DNA of 64,000 nt. It comes from an uncultured Acidobacteriota bacterium (GTDB lineage: Bacteria > Acidobacteriota > Vicinamibacteria > Fen-336). The notes beneath the pieces were generated by a model. The model made no database searches. It was given only the letters and a program-made list of their open reading frames with translations, and was not told the origin of the DNA. Both the position numbers and the translations under genes were made by a program. The DNA is taken from NCBI GenBank assembly GCA_963720545.1, contig OY970399.1, forward strand, positions 2,720,001 to 2,784,000, written 5' to 3'. This document shows positions 59,397-64,000 of this stretch, piece after piece (the stretch's first letter is position 1; every line of letters starts with the position of its first letter).

Positions 59397-61157
59397 ATGA
59401 GCATTGCGAAAGCCGCAACCGCACTTGCCGCCGCATTTCTTGCCACCGCCGCCGCAGCCGCCCAGCCGGGTCCGCCCACGCACTCGTCGCAGCTCGTCGC
59501 TTTGGTCGGAACCGACTATCTCGAGCACAACAAGGCGACGGACATCTCGCTGCAGATGAAGTTCGGGCTTCCGACCCTGCGATTGCCCGACGTGAGCCTC
59601 GCCGAAGAAGAGCGCGAAGCCGAATGGGCGAAGGCGCAGCTCGCCCGCCTCGAGGCGGCGAAGACAGCGGAGCTCAGCCACGGCGAGACGCTGTCGCTCG
59701 ACATCCTGCGCCGCCAGCTGCAGTTTCGCGTCGATGCGCCGCGGTTCTACTGGCTGAGCTTCGCCGTGACCCCTTACAACTCGCCGATCGGCACGGTCAA
59801 TCGTCTGTTCGAGACGCTGCCGCTGCCGGATGCCGCGGCGGCCGAGCGCTACGCCGCGCTCGTCAGGCAGCTGCCGGCTTTCTTCGATGCCCTGCGTGCC
59901 AAAGTCGAGGGCCAGGCGCAGCGCGGCATCCACCTGCCGCAGCCGGAAGTGGACGTGGTCGCCGGCTTCATGCGCTCGCTCGGCGGCAGCGGCGCCCAAA
60001 GCCCGTATGCCGTGAAGCCCGCGCGCCTCGCGTCGCTGCCGAGAGAGGCCGCCGCGCAGTTGACGAGTACGGTGGACGCGGCCGTCGCCAACGACATCAA
60101 CCCGCGGCTCGCCGCGTTCGCGGCGTATCTCGCGGGCGAGTACCGGAAGAAGGCCCCGGAGGCCGTCGGCGTAGGCCAGTATCCGGGCGGCCAGGAGTAC
60201 TACGCGTGGCTCGTGAAGTGGTACACGACCATGGAAGTGACGCCGCAGCAGGTGCACGACACCGGGGTGTCGCGCGTCTCTGCCATCGAGGCCGAGATGG
60301 CGAGGGTGCGCGAGCGGCTCGGCTTCAAGGGCACGGCCGCGCAGTTCCGCGCGAGCCTCAAGGCGAACCCGCGGTTCTTCCCGCGCACGCCCGACGAGAT
60401 CGGCGCGACGCTCATGGGCCACGTGCGGCGCATCGAGCCGCACCTCGACGCGTTCTTCCTCAGCAAACCGAAGGCACCCTACGGCGTGCGCCGCCTGCAG
60501 CCCGAACTCGAGGCCAGCCAGACGTTCGGCGCCTACAACCCGCCGACCGCCAGCGAGCCCGGCGGCTACTACTATTTCAACGGCTCGAATCTCAAGGAAC
60601 GCTCGCTGCTGAACGCCGCTGCGCTCACCTATCACGAGCTGGCTCCCGGGCATCACTTCCAGATCGCGAGCACCTACGAGAACCCCGACATCCCGCCGTT
60701 CCAGCGCGAGACCTATGACGTCGCCTACACCGAGGGCTGGGGCGAGTACGCGTCGATGCTCGCCGGCGAGATGGGCATGTACGAGGATCCCTACGACCTC
60801 TATGGCCGCCTCTCGATGGAAATGTTCATCGCGGTGCGCCTGGTGGTGGACACCGGCATGAACGCCTTTGGCTGGCCGCGCACCCGGGCCGTCGCCTACA
60901 TGCGCGAGCGCGAGATGGAGACGGACACCCAGATCGCGAGCGAGTCGCTGCGCTACTCGTGCGACATCCCGGGCCAGGCGCTCGGCTACAAGATGGGCGC
61001 CATCAGGATCCTCGAGTTGCGCGAAAAGGCCCGCAAGGCGCTGGGGCGCGACTTCGACATCCGCCGCTTCCACGCGGCGGTCCTCGGCAGCGGCTCGCTG
61101 CCCATGACAACGCTGGAGCGCCATATCGACTGGTTCATCGAGGAGGCAGCCAAATGA
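59397..61157 (+). CDS. Secreted DUF885 family protein (putative metallopeptidase)
   Basis: Signal peptide; HELAPGHHFQ, AYTEGWGEY, RLVVDTG, PGQALGYK. Confidence 0.92.
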   Translation: MSIAKAATALAAAFLATAAAAAQPGPPTHSSQLVALVGTDYLEHNKATDISLQMKFGLPTLRLPDVSLAEEEREAEWAKAQLARLEAAKTAELSHGETLSLDILRRQLQFRVDAPRFYWLSFAVTPYNSPIGTVNRLFETLPLPDAAAAERYAALVRQLPAFFDALRAKVEGQAQRGIHLPQPEVDVVAGFMRSLGGSGAQSPYAVKPARLASLPREAAAQLTSTVDAAVANDINPRLAAFAAYLAGEYRKKAPEAVGVGQYPGGQEYYAWLVKWYTTMEVTPQQVHDTGVSRVSAIEAEMARVRERLGFKGTAAQFRASLKANPRFFPRTPDEIGATLMGHVRRIEPHLDAFFLSKPKAPYGVRRLQPELEASQTFGAYNPPTASEPGGYYYFNGSNLKERSLLNAAALTYHELAPGHHFQIASTYENPDIPPFQRETYDVAYTEGWGEYASMLAGEMGMYEDPYDLYGRLSMEMFIAVRLVVDTGMNAFGWPRTRAVAYMREREMETDTQIASESLRYSCDIPGQALGYKMGAIRILELREKARKALGRDFDIRRFHAAVLGSGSLPMTTLERHIDWFIEEAAK

Positions 61158-62416
61158 AGGGCGCGAGGGGACGCCGCGAGTTCGTCAAGGCGGCAGGAGT
61201 TTCGGTGCTGGCGAGCGCCGCTGCAGGCGGCGCCGTGCGTGCCGCGCAAGCGCCCGCGGCGGCCAAAAGCGGCGGCAGCTTCGACGTGGCGGTGATCGGC
61301 GCCGGCGTTTTCGGCGCCTGGACCGCCCAGTGGCTCGCCAAGGCCGGGCGCAAGGTGGTGGTGATCGACGCCTATGGCCCCGGCAGCAGCCGCGCGAGTT
61401 CCGGCGGCGAGTCGCGCGTCATCCGCATGGCGTACGGTGAGGCCGAGCTGTACACGCGTTTCTCGCACCGCTCGCTCGGCTTGTGGAAGGAGTTCGCCGC
61501 GAAGACCGGCCAGACGCTGTTCTATCCGACCGGTGTCTTGTGGATGGCGCGCGACGAGGATCCGGTCGCGAAGGCTTCGCTCGGCGTGCTGGCGAAGCAA
61601 GGCATCGCCCACGAGAAGCTGACCCGCGCGCAGCTCGAGGCGCGCTATCGCCAGATCGACTTCGGACCGATCAGCTGGGCGATCTACGAACCGGACAGCG
61701 GTGTGCTGATGGCGCGCCGCGCGGTGCAGGCTGTGATGGCCGAAAACCGCAAGCTGGGCGTGTCGTACCTGCAGGCGCGGGTGCTGCCGCCCGAAGGCAA
61801 GGGCGCGCTCGCGCAGGTGACGACCAGCGACGGCCAGCAGGTGCAGGCAGGGCAATACGTGATCGCATGCGGCCCGTGGCTTCCCAAGGTCGTCCCCGCG
61901 GTGCTCGGCAACAGGATCTTTCCGACCCGCCAGGAGGTCTACTACTTCGGCCAGCCGGCCGGTGAGACGCGCTTCACGCCGCCGCAGATGCCGGTGTGGA
62001 TCGACGACATCGCCCAGTGGTACGGCCTGCCCGACGTGGAGAGCAAGGGCTTCAAGATCGCGGCGCATGCGGTCGGCGAAGCCTTCGATCCGGACAGCGG
62101 CGAACGGCGGGTCTCCACCGAAGGCATGACCGCCGCGCGCAGCTTCGTCGGCGAGCGCTTCCCGGCGCTGAAGGACGCTCCGCTCATCGCCTCCGAAGTC
62201 TGCCAGTACGAGAACAGCTCGAACGGCGACTTCCTCATCGACCGCCATCCCGACTTCGGCAACGTCTGGCTGGTGGGCGGCGGTTCGGGCCACGGTTTCA
62301 AGCACGGCCCGGCGGTGGGCGAGTACGTGGCGGCGCGGGTGCAGGACGGCAAGCCCGTCGATCCGCATTTCTCGCTCGCGACCAAGGGCACGCAGTTCAA
62401 GCGGGAGGTGACATAG
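61154..62416 (+). CDS. Sarcosine-oxidase (MSOX/SolA)-like flavoprotein with Tat signal
   Basis: GRREFVK twin-Arg, VIGAGVFG, SSGGESRVIR..YG, VCQYEN, GSGHGFK. Confidence 0.88.
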   Translation: MKGARGRREFVKAAGVSVLASAAAGGAVRAAQAPAAAKSGGSFDVAVIGAGVFGAWTAQWLAKAGRKVVVIDAYGPGSSRASSGGESRVIRMAYGEAELYTRFSHRSLGLWKEFAAKTGQTLFYPTGVLWMARDEDPVAKASLGVLAKQGIAHEKLTRAQLEARYRQIDFGPISWAIYEPDSGVLMARRAVQAVMAENRKLGVSYLQARVLPPEGKGALAQVTTSDGQQVQAGQYVIACGPWLPKVVPAVLGNRIFPTRQEVYYFGQPAGETRFTPPQMPVWIDDIAQWYGLPDVESKGFKIAAHAVGEAFDPDSGERRVSTEGMTAARSFVGERFPALKDAPLIASEVCQYENSSNGDFLIDRHPDFGNVWLVGGGSGHGFKHGPAVGEYVAARVQDGKPVDPHFSLATKGTQFKREVT

Positions 62417-63672
62417 TGCGCGGAGCACAACTGACGATCGCCGTGTGGTGCGCGCTGGCCTTGCCGTTCACAGCCGCCGGCACCGCCGCGGCTGCCGACG
62501 ACCCGGCCCTGGCGCGCGCCAACGCGCTCCTCGACAAGGTCCCGCTGGTGGACGGCCACAACGACCTGCCGTGGCTCATCCGCGAGTACCAGGACGCTCC
62601 CAACGACGTCCTCAAGTACGACCTGCGGCGCCACGCGCCTGCCGAGACGGACATCGAGCGCCTGCGTGCCGGCAAGCTCGCCGGCCAGTTCTGGAGCGTC
62701 TGGATCCCGGCCGAACTGAAGGAGGGCTTCGCGCGCACGCAGCTGGAGCAGATCGACCTGACGCGACGCATGATCGACGCGTATCCCGAGGCGCTTTCCT
62801 TCGCGACCCGCGCCAGCGACATCGCGGCCGCGAAGCAGGCGGGCAAGGTGGCGTCCTTCCTCGGCATGGAGAACGGGCTCGCGCTCGAGAACAGCATCGC
62901 GACGCTGCGCATGTACTACGACCTCGGCGTCCGCTACATGACGCTGACGCACACCCGGAACACCGACTGGGCCGACTCGGCCACCGACAAGCCGGTGCAC
63001 AACGGCCTCACTCCGTTCGGCAGGGAAGTGGTGCGCGAGATGAACCGGCTCGGCATGCTGGTGGACATCGCGCACGTCTCGCCGAAGGCGATGCACGATG
63101 CCCTCGACGTCAGCGAGGCGCCGGTGATCTTCTCGCACTCGAGCGCGCGCGCCGTCAACGACCACGTGCGCAACGTGCCCGACGACGTGCTGGCGCGCAT
63201 GGGCAAGAACGGCGGTGTGGTGATGGTGAACTTCATCCCCATGTTCATCTCCAGGGAGAACATGGTCTGGAGTGCAGGGTTGGAGCAGACGCTGCTCACC
63301 AACCCCGACCTCAACGCGGTGCGCAAGATCGAAGCGGAGTACCGCAAGACGCACGGGCCGGAGCCGCGGGCGACGCTGGCGCAGGTGTGCGACCACATCG
63401 AACACGTGGCGAAGGTGGCTGGCCATGACCATGTCGGCATCGGCAGCGACTACTGGGGCGGCTCGATGCCAAGCGGGCTCGAGGACGTGAGCAAGTACCC
63501 GTACCTGTTCGCCGAGCTGATCCGCCGCGGCTGGTCCGACGACGACCTCGCAAAACTCGCCGGCGGCAACCTGATCCGCGCGTTCGGCGACGCCGAGAAG
63601 GTGTCGGCGCGGCTGCGGGCGGCACGGCAGCCGTCGCTCGCGACGCTCGAAGCGCTCGACGGCAAGCGCTAG
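62416..63672 (+). CDS. Secreted membrane-dipeptidase family (M19) protein
   Basis: DGHNDLP, GME, MTLTH, EMNRLGMLVDIAH, SHS, RNVPDD, GIGSD. Confidence 0.93.
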   Translation: MRGAQLTIAVWCALALPFTAAGTAAAADDPALARANALLDKVPLVDGHNDLPWLIREYQDAPNDVLKYDLRRHAPAETDIERLRAGKLAGQFWSVWIPAELKEGFARTQLEQIDLTRRMIDAYPEALSFATRASDIAAAKQAGKVASFLGMENGLALENSIATLRMYYDLGVRYMTLTHTRNTDWADSATDKPVHNGLTPFGREVVREMNRLGMLVDIAHVSPKAMHDALDVSEAPVIFSHSSARAVNDHVRNVPDDVLARMGKNGGVVMVNFIPMFISRENMVWSAGLEQTLLTNPDLNAVRKIEAEYRKTHGPEPRATLAQVCDHIEHVAKVAGHDHVGIGSDYWGGSMPSGLEDVSKYPYLFAELIRRGWSDDDLAKLAGGNLIRAFGDAEKVSARLRAARQPSLATLEALDGKR

Positions 63673-64000
63673 CGGCGCTCCAGCAGCTTGCCGCCCTGCA
63701 CCCAGGTGTCGTCGCCCACCGTCACGGTGGCGTCGGCGAAGAAGTTCCAGCGCACGTAGCCGCCGGTGACGCTGCCGCCGAGCTCGCTGTTGTCGCCGAG
63801 CGACAGGCGCACGACCCCCGCGCCATAGCCGTAGTAGGGAATCCACGACCGGTCGTCGGGCACCGCGAGCAGCGGGTTGAAGCCGAGGACGAACTCGCGG
63901 AAGGCGCCGCCGGCGTTGCCGGCCTTCTGCATCTCGGCCTCCACCGCCTCCTGGCCGGCTTCGGCCGCGACCGCAACAACCCGGCCCTTCGCGAACGTCA
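63669..64000 (-). CDS. Partial CDS (3-prime end), possibly M29-like aminopeptidase
   Basis: Frame open to the window edge; EFVLGFNP, LSLGDNSELGG, ATVTVG..VQGGKL. Confidence 0.55.
   Translation of the reverse strand, partial: TFAKGRVVAVAAEAGQEAVEAEMQKAGNAGGAFREFVLGFNPLLAVPDDRSWIPYYGYGAGVVRLSLGDNSELGGSVTGGYVRWNFFADATVTVGDDTWVQGGKLLERR

Overview
High-GC (about 70% by eye), gene-dense chromosomal window from a diderm bacterium (lptD, pal, gmhA, tatA). It may be Acidobacteriota-like, but that is unverified inference. I saw no rRNA, tRNA, CRISPR array or transposase. About 60 CDS are present. They include an NrfCD-fusion/molybdopterin oxidoreductase pair, a phoB/phoR-like pair with DUF47-pit, ispH, a full pentose-phosphate cluster, fabI-lptD, tsaD/mtnA/moeA/moaC, an orphan LysW-like carrier, a MocR regulator opposite a PLP decarboxylase-pdxS-pdxT operon, several secreted hydrolases and a metB-aspartokinase-metC operon. 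Three observations stand out. (1) 30168-33442 looks like a plant-type prenyl-alcohol salvage operon: a farnesol-dehydrogenase-like SDR, a fused phytol/farnesol kinase + DUF92 (VTE6-like) protein, and a UbiA prenyltransferase of unknown acceptor. (2) A Met/Thr/Ile-rich leader peptide missing from the ORF track, with terminator and antiterminator, sits upstream of the met operon, i.e. a candidate methionine-sensing ribosomal attenuator. (3) Two perfect 18-bp palindromes with a compensatory change lie upstream of an orphan gene. Putative CTG starts and leaderless promoters also recur. Family calls come from motif recognition and recalled sequences, not database searches.
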